UHGV virus genome: UHGV-0390448
Length of the DNA stretch: 64,000 nucleotides
Source of the DNA: a virus
Reading direction: 5' to 3' (one strand)
This document shows positions 10,312 through 20,205 of the stretch, one piece after another (the first letter of the stretch is position 1; every line of letters starts with the position of its first letter). The translations under genes and the position numbers were made by a program. Below the pieces are notes generated by a model. That model did not search any database and was not told the origin of the DNA. It was given only the letters and a program-made list of their open reading frames with translations.

Positions 10312-11196
10312 ATGGTAGATGACAAAAAAGGCTTTCTGAACGTTGAGGAAATATCAGGGAATACCGGAGAAATCCACAGCTTAAAGCCTAACAATAATAG
10401 CACTATTCAGCCGATAGCTTTGTTGCGGCTTGGGGTGTTTGTTCCCACATTGAAATCTACCAGTGTTGCTTTACGTCGCAAGAACGCCGGTTTAACTAAC
10501 TCCACTGATGCGACAGAAGAACTGTCCAGCCTGAAGATTGTAGAGCAGGAAGGGTATCAGGGTATTGAGATTCATGGGCCACGGCTGGATATGGATACTG
10601 ATTTTAAGGTGTGGATAGGCATTACATCTGCATTGTTTGACTATAAACCAGATAATGATGGTGTGATCACCCTGACATTCTCTGAATTTGTGGATCGTTG
10701 CGGTTATCCAAGGAAGCGGCTGTCCAAGGCTTTTCGCAAGAGCATTGGCGACTCTCTAACGCGTATTCAGCAGACGTTGCTGAAGTTCAACTTGCCCACC
10801 AGCAAAGAACATGTTCGTTATATCCAGATGAATTTATTGGCATTTAGTGAACTTGATACTGAAAATGACATTATAAGAATCCAACCGCAGAAGCAGTTGT
10901 CTGAGTTGTATTACGTTGACTATAAGCGAATATTGAAGCTCAAAATGCTCGATAAACTTGGCAGGAAAGAGACAGCCAAGGTGCTTTATACGTTTTTCGA
11001 AGCGTTACCTTCAAACCCTGCGCCAGTGAGTATTGAGCGCCTTCGCGCCAGATTGAACCTCAAATCATCGGTTAGCGTTCAGAACAGTGTGATTCGTAAA
11101 GCCATGAAAGACTTGGAAGCTGTTGAATATCTTAAATTTTCAGAGATAAAGAATGGTCGGAAAATAGGTTTCCAGATCCATAAACGAAATCCATAA
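10312..11196 (+). CDS. repA: Iteron-binding plasmid replication initiator RepA
   Basis: 294-aa ORF flanked upstream and downstream by iterons; sequence (QPIALLRLGVFVP, MDTDFKVW) resembles the RepA family of P1/RepFIB replicons as I recall it. Confidence 0.8.
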   Translation: MVDDKKGFLNVEEISGNTGEIHSLKPNNNSTIQPIALLRLGVFVPTLKSTSVALRRKNAGLTNSTDATEELSSLKIVEQEGYQGIEIHGPRLDMDTDFKVWIGITSALFDYKPDNDGVITLTFSEFVDRCGYPRKRLSKAFRKSIGDSLTRIQQTLLKFNLPTSKEHVRYIQMNLLAFSELDTENDIIRIQPQKQLSELYYVDYKRILKLKMLDKLGRKETAKVLYTFFEALPSNPAPVSIERLRARLNLKSSVSVQNSVIRKAMKDLEAVEYLKFSEIKNGRKIGFQIHKRNP

Positions 11197-11198
11197 CA

Positions 11199-11426
11199 TT
11201 GACTGTGTGCGATTCCAAGCGTTGACTATACGCGACAAACATTGATGCTGGCGGATTTAGTTATTAACTTTTTCACATGATCAATGGATAAACCAGCTAT
11301 TTCATTGAGTATTTGTCGCTTATAGTCAATCTTTCCTCATTTCTTGTCGTGTGTAGTCAATGTTTTGTGATCGGGATCGAGTACAGTCAACATTAGTTGT
11401 AAGCCATTTCGCCTATAGTCAACATT
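11199..11426. repeat. Downstream iteron cluster (incA-like copy-control locus), mixed orientation
   Basis: At least six copies of the ttgactRtRYgcga core: direct at 11199-11216 and 11222-11239, inverted (tagtcaa) at 11318-11332, 11349-11363, 11380-11394 and 11411-11426. Confidence 0.7.
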
Positions 11427-11442
11427 TCTCCATCAGCAGTCT

Positions 11443-11731
11443 TAAGGGCAATTTCTACACCTCTCTGTAGGTGTAGGATTTGCCCTTAAAGATGGGAGAT
11501 TGAGGGCAATTCTTACACCATTAGTGAGTTGGTTGGAGCTTTAACGGCTAACATCATTTGTAATTTATTGATTAATAAGTAATGTGTAAAAATCACCCTC
11601 AGATAGCATCGTATGTTATAGCTATTTTTATAGCACACCTGTTAAGTGTTTTTTGAATGTAACTCATTGATTTTGTTGTGATGTGTAAAAATGCCATCAT
11701 TGACGTAAACAGCAGGTGTAGAAATTGCCCT
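11443..11731. repeat. Unassigned repeat family AGGGCAATTTCTACACC (four copies incl. a 44-bp near-palindrome)
   Basis: Near-palindrome aagggcaatttctacacc-ctctctgt-aggtgtaggatttgccctt at 11444-11487; further copies at 11503-11519 and inverted at 11715-11731; AT-rich region with two tgtgtaaaaat copies lies between. Confidence 0.6.
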
Positions 11732-11775
11732 CAAGTTTGCCCCTTCCCCACCTTCTCGCACTTTAATATTGCATT

Positions 11776-12513
11776 TCAAAACTTGATCACGTTGCTGGCG
11801 GCGCTTTTAAGTGCGCTTGTTGCTAAACCAGCAGCTCCATTGACTAATGCGGACAGGCCGGAACCAGCAGATGTGTATCGCTGGAACGTGATCGGATAGG
11901 ACAAGAATTCGGACACCTGATCACGTGAGCGGCTGATCTCTCCTATTTGAGTAGGAAATACACGCATTTCCTCTTCCAGCTCTTTCCCGCCTTCCTGTGT
12001 AACGCGGTATAGCCTGATATTCATGAGATAATCTGGCGGCAGGTTTAGCGTACCATCGCTATTGGTTACACGGGCGCGGCGCTCCTTGAACCAATTCATT
12101 ATTTTGCCGTCTTCTGTGTCTCTGACCGTCATTGTTACCGGTCCGGCGGTTACGTGCGTTGGCTTATTGAACTCGACGCTACCAATGATTTTGCTTTCTG
12201 TTTCAATATTCCCGCTACTGTAAGTTATGTCCTTAACGAACATATCAAAGCCGCTTAATCCGTCTACATCTACCGTCCACTGCCAGCCCTGGGCATAGCG
12301 GATACGCATAGCCGTAGCAACTACGTTCTTTCCGTAAGCGATGTCATTGCCATAGCTCCCACTAACGCCACTGCCAGACACCGCTCTATCCAGAATGTCG
12401 CTGATAAGGTTGCTGGTGAACGATTTCGCGCTAAACGATACCGCACTGGCTAGCGTTTGCGTTGCAGCACTAAAAATACTCACGTAGCCCTCCGTGTTAA
12501 AAAATGGTAGCAC
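11776..12513 (-). CDS. Hypothetical virion structural protein
   Basis: 245-aa ORF in a long co-directional block with tail sheath and other structural genes; no motif recognised. Confidence 0.4.
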   Translation of the reverse strand: MLPFFNTEGYVSIFSAATQTLASAVSFSAKSFTSNLISDILDRAVSGSGVSGSYGNDIAYGKNVVATAMRIRYAQGWQWTVDVDGLSGFDMFVKDITYSSGNIETESKIIGSVEFNKPTHVTAGPVTMTVRDTEDGKIMNWFKERRARVTNSDGTLNLPPDYLMNIRLYRVTQEGGKELEEEMRVFPTQIGEISRSRDQVSEFLSYPITFQRYTSAGSGLSALVNGAAGLATSALKSAASNVIKF

Positions 12514-13048
12514 CAGGGATAATGGCCCGGTTGGCTGCCATTTTTTCTTCTATCTCCTGAACACGCGCGTAGAGCGTCGCCTCATCAGGAAGATCGGAGT
12601 AATCAAACTTGCCATCAATTGACGCCCTTCGCTGGCGGGCAACGTTGCGGACATTGATAAGTGCTTCAAGATATTCCTCAAGCATTCCGATAATCGCAGG
12701 TGGAACTTGCCACTCATCCAGGTTGCGATCGCGGAGATTTACAAGGTATTGCATCTTGAAAGGCCAGCGTTCAGAACCGGTAAGCTCAAGTTCGACAAAA
12801 CCGGCAATCTCGTCGGCGTAAACCAGAAGTCCGTTGTGGTCAGTGACGTGGATCAGAGACAGATAATCATCCGGAACAGGGATCGCCGTACCGTCTGCTT
12901 TCTCCAGCTTTAATGCCTTCACTACTCCCGCTCTGTCCTGGTAAGTAGTCAATGCTTTGATCAGGAATGCTTTCAGTGTCTCCTCTTCCCGTACAAGAAG
13001 AGGATTGAATCGCGCTTTAACGCTTTCTAATAGTTCAGAAGGTGTCAT
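12497..13048 (-). CDS. Hypothetical virion morphogenesis protein
   Basis: 183-aa ORF overlapping the downstream gene start; positional. Confidence 0.4.
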   Translation of the reverse strand: MTPSELLESVKARFNPLLVREEETLKAFLIKALTTYQDRAGVVKALKLEKADGTAIPVPDDYLSLIHVTDHNGLLVYADEIAGFVELELTGSERWPFKMQYLVNLRDRNLDEWQVPPAIIGMLEEYLEALINVRNVARQRRASIDGKFDYSDLPDEATLYARVQEIEEKMAANRAIIPGATIF

Positions 13049-13099
13049 AGATGCTCCGGACGGAAGGGGATAACCCCGCTCTTTTGAGCGGGATCGGTA

Positions 13100-13591
13100 T
13101 TACTCAACCCAGTTGTACACAATACGCAGGGTCGGTCTGACAACCGCCGTTACATCTTCTGATGAGAAATCAACGGCATCGGAATACACTTTGCAGTGTG
13201 AGTAAGTACGTGACAGACCTTTGCTGTCACCGCTGTTAGATTCAGCGGCAGCCTGGAAAGAGATATCCAGATATTTCTTCTCATAAACCATCTCTTTGAC
13301 GGCAGCGAGTACAACACCTTCAATCGTCTCCGCACAGGTAACCTGAAATTCACCTGAGTTACGCAGCGGGCCGTGTTGGTTGAACTTCATACCGCCTGGA
13401 GCGTAATCTTCTACGTCTTCACGCGTCATTTCCGGTAACTGCGCAGTGCGGATCAGCACTGACAGATTTTCGTATCCCTTAATGGTCATCCAGTATTCAG
13501 TGCCTATTAATTTTTCGCCTGCTGCCAGGTTCTTGTTGAATCTGGATTTCAGGAAGGCGAGATCGGCTTTTGTGTTTGAAAAACCGGCCAT
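13100..13591 (-). CDS. Hypothetical structural protein (tail tube candidate)
   Basis: 163 aa, size and position downstream of the sheath gene compatible with a tail tube protein; no diagnostic motif. Confidence 0.3.
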   Translation of the reverse strand: MAGFSNTKADLAFLKSRFNKNLAAGEKLIGTEYWMTIKGYENLSVLIRTAQLPEMTREDVEDYAPGGMKFNQHGPLRNSGEFQVTCAETIEGVVLAAVKEMVYEKKYLDISFQAAAESNSGDSKGLSRTYSHCKVYSDAVDFSSEDVTAVVRPTLRIVYNWVE

Positions 13592-13599
13592 AATTACTC

Positions 13600-14217
13600 C
13601 TAAACAAAAACAGATGAGATATTGCTGCGGTTAATAGATGTGTTACCACTGCATTGCAGAGTGACCGTGTTGTGGGTGAAATAGCCTTCCGATGTGCGTG
13701 GGGCGTCAAGCTGATAGCTCACGCTTTTGATCACAACGTTCGTTAACATCACGTTTCTGCCGATATTTATCGTTACGGCTTCCGGGATTCGACCAAAAAG
13801 AGCAACGTCGTTTAGTTCTGGCGATGCCATTTTCAGCAACGTCGTTATGGCGTCGTTTACCTCAGTTTTTGCGTTGGACATCGCTAAAAAATCCAGCACC
13901 AGGGTAAACTCCGGCGGCTGCTGCCCTTCCCACACAAGGGTGGAGTTGAGGCGGCTTTTGGTTGTGCGCCCGCTTATCACCTGTGCCACGCCAGTAAGAG
14001 CTGACGTCGCCTCGCTGATAGCGCCTAACACACTGCCCATTGCCTTATCTTCGAACGGCGACTGCCACAGAGACGTTAATTCGGCAGAGGAACCTTCTCC
14101 GATATATCCGATGACCATATCCTCGCTTGATATGATGTATGCTTTCATTAGCGGACTGATTCCGTCCGCAACGTTAGCGCCGCAAATCACTGCTATTTCT
14201 CCCAAACAGGCCACCAT
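13600..14217 (-). CDS. Hypothetical structural protein
   Basis: 205-aa ORF in the sheath-proximal module. Confidence 0.4.
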   Translation of the reverse strand: MVACLGEIAVICGANVADGISPLMKAYIISSEDMVIGYIGEGSSAELTSLWQSPFEDKAMGSVLGAISEATSALTGVAQVISGRTTKSRLNSTLVWEGQQPPEFTLVLDFLAMSNAKTEVNDAITTLLKMASPELNDVALFGRIPEAVTINIGRNVMLTNVVIKSVSYQLDAPRTSEGYFTHNTVTLQCSGNTSINRSNISSVFV

Positions 14218-14235
14218 TACAGGTGGCTTACATCA

Positions 14236-14982
14236 TTACAGACCGCGTTTTTTGCGAATGCGGATAGACTTACGGCGGCGAGTGTTAGCTATCGACGTAT
14301 GTGCCTTACGGCGAGCTTTTTTCAGCGCCTGCTTTTGTAAGGACGTCATGCGACGCGGGCGCGGGCGTTTGCGGATGATAGTAACCTTGCCATCACGAAC
14401 GACTTTTTTGCTGACAGCTTCGAGCATTGCGGCATTGCCACCAGCAACGGTGTAAATCGCAATGGCTTCTTCCATCATTTCACTATCGCTTTCTGACAGT
14501 GCGTCAAATACGCGTTCTGCTGCCGCGTCATCTTCGTCATCGATCATCTCGGTGACGTCGTCCTGATCAGCGCCCAGGGCCACAGCCGCGTTAGCCAACG
14601 CCGCGAGTGCGTCGTTATATGCGTCAACCTGTTCGTCGGTCAGTTCCGTGTCTTCGTCAATGTCGGCCAGGCCAGCCATTGTGATTGCCAGCGCATCAAA
14701 TGAATCCGCTTCAGGGTCGCCATCTTCTACCCAGCTCGCCAGCATTGAAGCTGCCAGACTGCGGATGTCACTTTGTGCACGGGATTCCACCGCTTCCATC
14801 ATTGCGGCTTCGATATCCGCGCCATCGGTTCCATTCTTGGCACTTTCCAGGATGGCGTTATCGCCACTTTCAAAACAACCAGAATCTTTGGCGCTTTCCA
14901 GTATGGCTGTATCTGCGTTACCGGCTGTTTTGCCTGCAAATAGCGCGCGCATGAATGGATCAACAACAGAATAGTTTTTCAT
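14236..14982 (-). CDS. Highly acidic protein with basic C-terminal tail (scaffold or internal virion protein candidate)
   Basis: 248 aa, long D/E-rich stretches followed by an R/K-rich C-terminus; immediately downstream of the sheath gene. Confidence 0.4.
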   Translation of the reverse strand: MKNYSVVDPFMRALFAGKTAGNADTAILESAKDSGCFESGDNAILESAKNGTDGADIEAAMMEAVESRAQSDIRSLAASMLASWVEDGDPEADSFDALAITMAGLADIDEDTELTDEQVDAYNDALAALANAAVALGADQDDVTEMIDDEDDAAAERVFDALSESDSEMMEEAIAIYTVAGGNAAMLEAVSKKVVRDGKVTIIRKRPRPRRMTSLQKQALKKARRKAHTSIANTRRRKSIRIRKKRGL

Positions 14983-15025
14983 TAGGAAACCTCATTCATC
15001 CCCGCGTTTCAGCGGGGAAGATAAA

Positions 15026-16681
15026 TCAACGCATCAGGATTGGTTTGCCGAGGATTCGACGAGCAGTGCCTGTTGGACACACGGACCATTCCACTTCCCA
15101 CAAGTCGATGTCTTTTTGAGTTACCTTGACCACATAAGGGTCAGAACCTTGAGATTCATCGCGTGGTGTAACCAGCGCACCAGCCGCATAAAAACGGTCC
15201 AGAAGATCTGTCAGTGCGTTAGTCAGACTTTCCTGCGTTACGCCATCAGGTTCATGCTTGATTGCCTGAGCAACTTCATAGAAATTGCGGGCAATTGCAT
15301 TCATCAGTGATGAAACGTGCTGGAATCGCAGATAGTTATTTTTGCTGTATGTCGTCAGGGAGTCGTCGATGTAGACAGAACCATCCGCTGCAACGCTTAC
15401 AGGGTTAATACGAGCGGTCACATACGCTTCACGATCGATTGTGCCAATCCCGGAGAGTCTGGTGATGTTCTGGCGATCAATGATTGCGCGAGACAGACCA
15501 GCCGGGGCGTAATGCCAGCCGCCTACATCAGACACAAGCGCAACGCCTTTAGCTTTTGCCACAAATGCGTCGCAACTGATTCCGTAAACCACATTCATAC
15601 CGCTGAAAGTGTCACGGCATGAGTACGGGAAGTGATAACGTGCAGCCTGGTGGGATTTGCCGAAACCATGTGATTTAGCTTCCGCGATAGCGTTATCACC
15701 AGTCTGAGCACATTTCAGGTCGTAGAACATATCCACGCGAACGTCTTCTGCCAGCGAATTAATTTTTGCCAGCACGGATGCGTCGTAGCAGCCCATAGAA
15801 AGCAGCGCGGTATAATTAACTTCTGACGCTTCGAGAACCTCTAACGCTTTCAGATAATCATCAGTGTCAATTGAGGACAGATCGCCATCTGTACCGCCTT
15901 CAAACGCTACATCTTCGAAAGTCAGCAAGTGAGCGGAGTCTTCGGCACCATCAGCCAGTACAGCTCCAAGCCTGGTGGACTGACTTTCTAACAATGCAGG
16001 AATCCATGCTGGCTGGCCCATATCGTTCGTTGCATCCGGATCGAAAGAAACCTGGTAGCTTTCCAGCGTTTCTACAGAACCATCGGTCTGTGTCTCTTTC
16101 AGTTCCAGAGTGAACAGGTCATTTTCTTCGTCCTCACGGGTCAGTGATAACGTGCGGTTTGTCGAAGCATCACCGTCCTTTATGTAGAAAATAGCCAATT
16201 CACTGCCGGAAATTTCAGGTGTTTCGCTTGCAGCGAAAGTTACCGGAGAAGTGGCTCCAGAAACGGCACGAACGGTCAGTGTATCGCCGATATTTACCGT
16301 TGCTTCGGTCGGAGCAATTTGCAGAGTTTTTGCTGACTTGGTGCTTTTCGACCTGGCCTGAACAGAAACGGCAATACCCGGTACTTTCATGTCTTTTGCG
16401 CATACGCGAACCACATAACCGGTGCCGCCTTTTACTGCGCGTTCAACGTGGCGATATGGTTCAAATGCGGCCCCGGTGCGCGGGTGAAGAGGTGAACCTA
16501 ACACGCTCTGATAGTTGGCTGCTGTAACCTGCAAAACCTTGCCTGGTGCTCCTCTGCGGGAAATCACCAGCCCGGCAAAGACGGAAGTACCGCCAGATGT
16601 GTTGGACAGAGTAGCATCGGCATTTACGTCCGCTACCGCAACGCCCGCCGCCTGACCAACAGAAAAACCAATTTTATTCAT
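15026..16681 (-). CDS. Contractile tail sheath protein
   Basis: 551 aa; C-terminal region has the PAG...INPV...DGSVYIDDSLTT pattern that parallels the conserved sheath C-terminal domain (T4 gp18-like PAGY...INPV...DGYV). Confidence 0.55.
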   Translation of the reverse strand: MNKIGFSVGQAAGVAVADVNADATLSNTSGGTSVFAGLVISRRGAPGKVLQVTAANYQSVLGSPLHPRTGAAFEPYRHVERAVKGGTGYVVRVCAKDMKVPGIAVSVQARSKSTKSAKTLQIAPTEATVNIGDTLTVRAVSGATSPVTFAASETPEISGSELAIFYIKDGDASTNRTLSLTREDEENDLFTLELKETQTDGSVETLESYQVSFDPDATNDMGQPAWIPALLESQSTRLGAVLADGAEDSAHLLTFEDVAFEGGTDGDLSSIDTDDYLKALEVLEASEVNYTALLSMGCYDASVLAKINSLAEDVRVDMFYDLKCAQTGDNAIAEAKSHGFGKSHQAARYHFPYSCRDTFSGMNVVYGISCDAFVAKAKGVALVSDVGGWHYAPAGLSRAIIDRQNITRLSGIGTIDREAYVTARINPVSVAADGSVYIDDSLTTYSKNNYLRFQHVSSLMNAIARNFYEVAQAIKHEPDGVTQESLTNALTDLLDRFYAAGALVTPRDESQGSDPYVVKVTQKDIDLWEVEWSVCPTGTARRILGKPILMR

Positions 16682-16717
16682 GCTGCTCTTTTCCTCTTTA
16701 TCGAGCGGATTAGAGAA

Positions 16718-16748
16718 GTCTCCCCATTTGCATGGGGAGACTTTTATC
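16718..16748. terminator. Stem-loop (9-bp stem) between the Ig-like gene and the sheath gene
   Basis: gtctcccca-tttgca-tggggagac followed by ttttat on the plus strand; on the minus strand it sits between two co-directional genes, so it may act as an attenuator. Confidence 0.4.
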
Positions 16749-17037
16749 AGGCTTCGCCGACCGTGAAGCTGTCACCTACCGTCACTTCTTTGGTTGACGG
16801 ATCAACGCTGACAGAACTGACACTTACTGCGGCTTCATTAACCGTTACAGTGCACGTTGCAGTTTTATTTCCATCTGTAGTTTTGATGGTTAGTACCGCC
16901 GTGCCTGCGGATACTGCGGTGCATGTGGTTCCGTCGACACGCACAATTTCCGGGTGGTCTGATTCGACAGTGAAGGTTTTATCTGTCGCATTTGATGGGG
17001 TAATAGTTACTTGGATATCAGCCATTTTTTCCTCCAT
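16747..17037 (-). CDS. Bacterial Ig-like (Big_2-type) domain protein
   Basis: 96 aa with threonine-rich beta-strand pattern (TVTVNEAAVSVSSVSVDP) typical of Big_2 domains found in decoration/structural proteins. Confidence 0.5.
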   Translation of the reverse strand: MEEKMADIQVTITPSNATDKTFTVESDHPEIVRVDGTTCTAVSAGTAVLTIKTTDGNKTATCTVTVNEAAVSVSSVSVDPSTKEVTVGDSFTVGEA

Positions 17038-17166
17038 ATAGCCCCCTATTCAGGGGCTTGTCTTACTTCTTTTTGGGTGTTTTTCGTGTCTTTGAAGTGC
17101 TCGCGGCGATAGTTTCACCTTCGTTTACTTCAATTGCCGTTGGTGAAACTGACACGTTCGCCACTG

Positions 17167-18864
17167 CTACTTTTTTTCGTTGATTTGCCCGCTCAACATG
17201 TCAATCGCACCTTCTTTCGAACGTGTCAGGCGAAGGCGAGTGAAATAGTTCTCACCGTTGCGCGGATGCACATCGTTGATTGCTTTGCCCCAAAAAGTGG
17301 TGCGGTTCACCAGGGCTGGATTTGTTTCGTGGACATACGGAATAGCAGGCACAGCATCACCTGCGACCAGGCCTGCTTTACCAATGCCTTCGCCACGACC
17401 ATAGAAATAGATGTCGTCCAGGCCGAAGTCGTAGCCATATTTCTGGAATTGTTTGCAGATAGGCTTCGGCACTTCGTAGATACGAATGGAACCAAACAGG
17501 GTGCCGATGTATTGAATGTACGGCGACTGTACATAGCCCGGTGCCAACTGGAAGTGCTGCGGCGGTAAGGAACGCAGGAAGTTAGCAGCATCGCCACCAG
17601 CAAAGCCACCACGGATACCGGTGGTCAGGGTGCGGTCAGCCATCTCCTGTGACAGCGCGTTCACAACATGGCGAATTAAACCAACCCACGACTCGTAGTT
17701 CTGCGCTTCTGGCAGTGCCACATCAAATTCACGACCGTAAACGGTGTGGAATACCAGAGTGCGCAGGCGCATCATATCGATTTCGTGGGAAATCCAGTTG
17801 CGCATTGCAGAGAATTGCAATGCTGCCAGTTCGAGTCCGTGTTCACGGCTCAGGTCAGATGCAGCCATAACCGTATGTTCGGATGCGATCACGTACTCCG
17901 ACGGGCGCAGGGCGTAATTGCGCATGGACTGGTTAATGACTGGTATCAGGTTCGGATTGCGTTCAATGTTGATTTCAACCTGAACAGCGATTTCAGTGCC
18001 TTCTGCTGGTGCTTCATTAAAGGTGATATCGATAACGCCGGTATCGTATCGAACCTTTGCCGTCACAGAGAAAGAGTTGCCGTTGACGTCTTTGTCGTTG
18101 AAATACAGGTTGCCATCACCATCATCTACTTTGGACGGTTTGCGGTTAATCAGCAGTTTGTTGTAGCCCTGGCGCAGCGGGCAGGCCTGGCCTTCGAAGT
18201 TCTGGATATCAAACTGGAAGGTGGTTTTGCTGCCATCGCCTTTTTCGGTCAGGATGTACAGGCGTTTCATCTGCGAATACACGCCAGCAGACTGCATGTT
18301 CAGTTCATCGCCCTGCTCGAATGTACCGAATTTTGTACCAGCAACGTTGGTCAGCTCGTAAATATTGGTTTCATCACGATCACAAGGGATAAACGTACAT
18401 GCGTCGCTGGTGGCTGCGCCGAGAGAAGCAGGCAGGATCAGTGCGGCATATTGTGCAACCTTCATTACACCATCGGAGGTGCGCATGTCCTTGGCTACTG
18501 ATTCAAACATGGCTTTGCCAGCGCCTTCATGCGTCTCTTTAGCGGACTCCATCATCAGGCGCTCAAGTGCCACATGGGCGTTGGCTAATACATCGCTTGC
18601 CGGATAATGCCCATACTGGCGTTTGTATTCATGAATAGACATGGCCCAGCTACCAATGATCTGGCGAGCTGCTTCTGGTTCAACGCCTTCAAACATAGGC
18701 TCTTTCTGGATAGCTTTTTCCAGGTTAGCCATCATCACTTCGTTGTCGGCAATCATGTTACCGGCAGCATCAGTGGTTGGATCGACGGTCATAGCCATGA
18801 CGCTTGCCGCCCGATTCATAATCTCGCGCTCGCGCTTACGAGCTGGCTCAATGTTCTTGTTCAC
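17167..18864 (-). CDS. Large virion structural protein (major head protein candidate)
   Basis: 565-aa ORF at the head of the structural block upstream of the Ig-like and sheath genes; assignment is positional. Confidence 0.3.
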   Translation of the reverse strand: MNKNIEPARKREREIMNRAASVMAMTVDPTTDAAGNMIADNEVMMANLEKAIQKEPMFEGVEPEAARQIIGSWAMSIHEYKRQYGHYPASDVLANAHVALERLMMESAKETHEGAGKAMFESVAKDMRTSDGVMKVAQYAALILPASLGAATSDACTFIPCDRDETNIYELTNVAGTKFGTFEQGDELNMQSAGVYSQMKRLYILTEKGDGSKTTFQFDIQNFEGQACPLRQGYNKLLINRKPSKVDDGDGNLYFNDKDVNGNSFSVTAKVRYDTGVIDITFNEAPAEGTEIAVQVEINIERNPNLIPVINQSMRNYALRPSEYVIASEHTVMAASDLSREHGLELAALQFSAMRNWISHEIDMMRLRTLVFHTVYGREFDVALPEAQNYESWVGLIRHVVNALSQEMADRTLTTGIRGGFAGGDAANFLRSLPPQHFQLAPGYVQSPYIQYIGTLFGSIRIYEVPKPICKQFQKYGYDFGLDDIYFYGRGEGIGKAGLVAGDAVPAIPYVHETNPALVNRTTFWGKAINDVHPRNGENYFTRLRLTRSKEGAIDMLSGQINEKK

Positions 18865-18939
18865 GGTTAAACCCTAAATTCGGGCGCGGCGTGAAGATTC
18901 TTTTGACGAGGTGACAATACTCACTTTGTTATTTAGTCA

Positions 18940-19024
18940 ATAGCATTAGAAAAATAATTTTCGTTAACAATCTTGTGTTAGTATGGTTTAATCTTAATTT
19001 TCTAACATAAAACATTAGAACAAT
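18940..19024. promoter_or_regulatory. Cluster of three operator-like sites (TGTTAGAAAA family) in a divergent promoter region
   Basis: cattagaaaaat at 18943-18954, attttctaacat at 18997-19008 (inverted), cattagaaca at 19013-19022; immediately upstream of the ORF at 19023. Confidence 0.6.
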
Positions 19025-19415
19025 GGCGTACAAGATCTTCGTTTCATACAAAAATGGTGCTAAAAGCCATTCTCTGAACACAAGCAGCAGATGCCTTGTA
19101 GAAGCTCAACTGTCATCAATCCTTACTGAAAGAGACATTCTTTCCTTGGCTGAACGAATCGTGATTCTCCATTCAGGTAAGGCTATTCTTAATGTTCCTG
19201 CGCTTACCCCGCCTTCTGACGTTTTGGCATCTGTTAAGTGGCCTCAAATCGGCACACCTGTAAGAGTGGAAGATCCTGTAACCACCACTCTTTATATGCC
19301 GAAGTCAGTAAGGGATTGGCTTGCTGCGGTTGGTAATGGGAAGGTCAGCGCGGGGCTTCGGAAGTTAGTGGAAATGGCTGATATTCCGGAGCTGAAAAAT
19401 GCATGGAGACAGTGA
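19023..19415 (+). CDS. Hypothetical protein under putative operator control
   Basis: 130-aa ORF starting directly after the operator cluster. Confidence 0.5.
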   Translation: MAYKIFVSYKNGAKSHSLNTSSRCLVEAQLSSILTERDILSLAERIVILHSGKAILNVPALTPPSDVLASVKWPQIGTPVRVEDPVTTTLYMPKSVRDWLAAVGNGKVSAGLRKLVEMADIPELKNAWRQ

Positions 19416-19885
19416 GCAGAGGACACATGAGTCACGCGAACCCATCGAAAACACAATATCGTTTAATGCTGGCTATCGCGTCAGCTATACCAACCAGCCT
19501 GAATCCACCCGCTGGCTATCCCGCTATTGTTGATGATTGTTTTCAGTATTACGGAGAAGACATCCTGAGCCAGTCCAAAGCGCTCAAGCAGTTATGTAAG
19601 GCAGGTATTCTTCACTGTATCGGAGATCCGGACGATTTTGTTGTTATGCTGGCGGATCGTGACTCTTTTCTGCTGTCATGGAAAGCCGGGGCGCGCGAAG
19701 CGCGTTTGGGCAATGGTATTGGCTACATCGACTATAGCGATTGTCCGCTGGCATTTGCTGGTGGATATATGCATTGGCATGAGCGAAATAGAGGCCGTCA
19801 GCGCCAGTATCGCTTGAGTGACTTTAACGTCTGTCACGGTTTCGAAGAAGCTGACAGCCAGGACATCTGGCTTCAGGAGCCTTAA
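19403..19885 (+). CDS. Hypothetical protein
   Basis: 160-aa ORF overlapping the previous gene end. Confidence 0.45.
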   Translation: METVSRGHMSHANPSKTQYRLMLAIASAIPTSLNPPAGYPAIVDDCFQYYGEDILSQSKALKQLCKAGILHCIGDPDDFVVMLADRDSFLLSWKAGAREARLGNGIGYIDYSDCPLAFAGGYMHWHERNRGRQRQYRLSDFNVCHGFEEADSQDIWLQEP

Positions 19886-20205
19886 CCCCCCTTCCCTTCC
19901 CAAATCTCCCTATTCCTTTGGTTATTCAGTACGTTTCGTTGGTTGCATTCATCGATAGTGCTGAATAACTGTTCAGTGTATGCCGGATACTTGTTTAACA
20001 GCACAGGCGTGTCCTCTGGCACTATGCAAGGGGTATAATCAATCAGATTTCCCTGCGGTTTGCTGGTGGCTTCTACGGTAATTTGCATTGGCACGCTGAT
20101 TGATTTCTTTTGCCCGTTCCCGCTGCATCCTGATAACGTCATCAGGCACACGCACATCATTAACCCCAGCATTGCGTAAAGCAGTTTCAAGACGAGTAAT
20201 TTCAT
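19882..20205 (-). CDS. Outer-membrane spanin (Rz1-like lipoprotein)
   Basis: 107 aa with signal peptide and lipobox LSGC; its start lies inside the i-spanin gene in another frame (overlapped spanin architecture). Confidence 0.7.
   Translation of the reverse strand: MKLLVLKLLYAMLGLMMCVCLMTLSGCSGNGQKKSISVPMQITVEATSKPQGNLIDYTPCIVPEDTPVLLNKYPAYTEQLFSTIDECNQRNVLNNQRNREIWEGKGG

Noticed and set aside
10131-11426. Possible CRISPR array suggested by short regularly spaced direct repeats
   Set aside because: Repeats are 19-21 bp iterons with almost no unique spacer between them, occur in both orientations, flank a RepA gene and a DnaA box, and no cas genes are nearby; this is a plasmid origin, not CRISPR.
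17134-18877. Overlapping plus-strand ORFs inside the 565-aa structural gene and elsewhere inside long minus-strand genes
   Set aside because: Nested antisense ORFs without RBS and without independent motifs; treated as non-coding frame artefacts.
19023-19415. TIR-domain protein suggested by the N-terminal KIFVSY motif
   Set aside because: Only the first strand motif resembles TIR; the protein is too short in the remaining region, and I could not place the conserved catalytic glutamate or other TIR motifs. Left as hypothetical.
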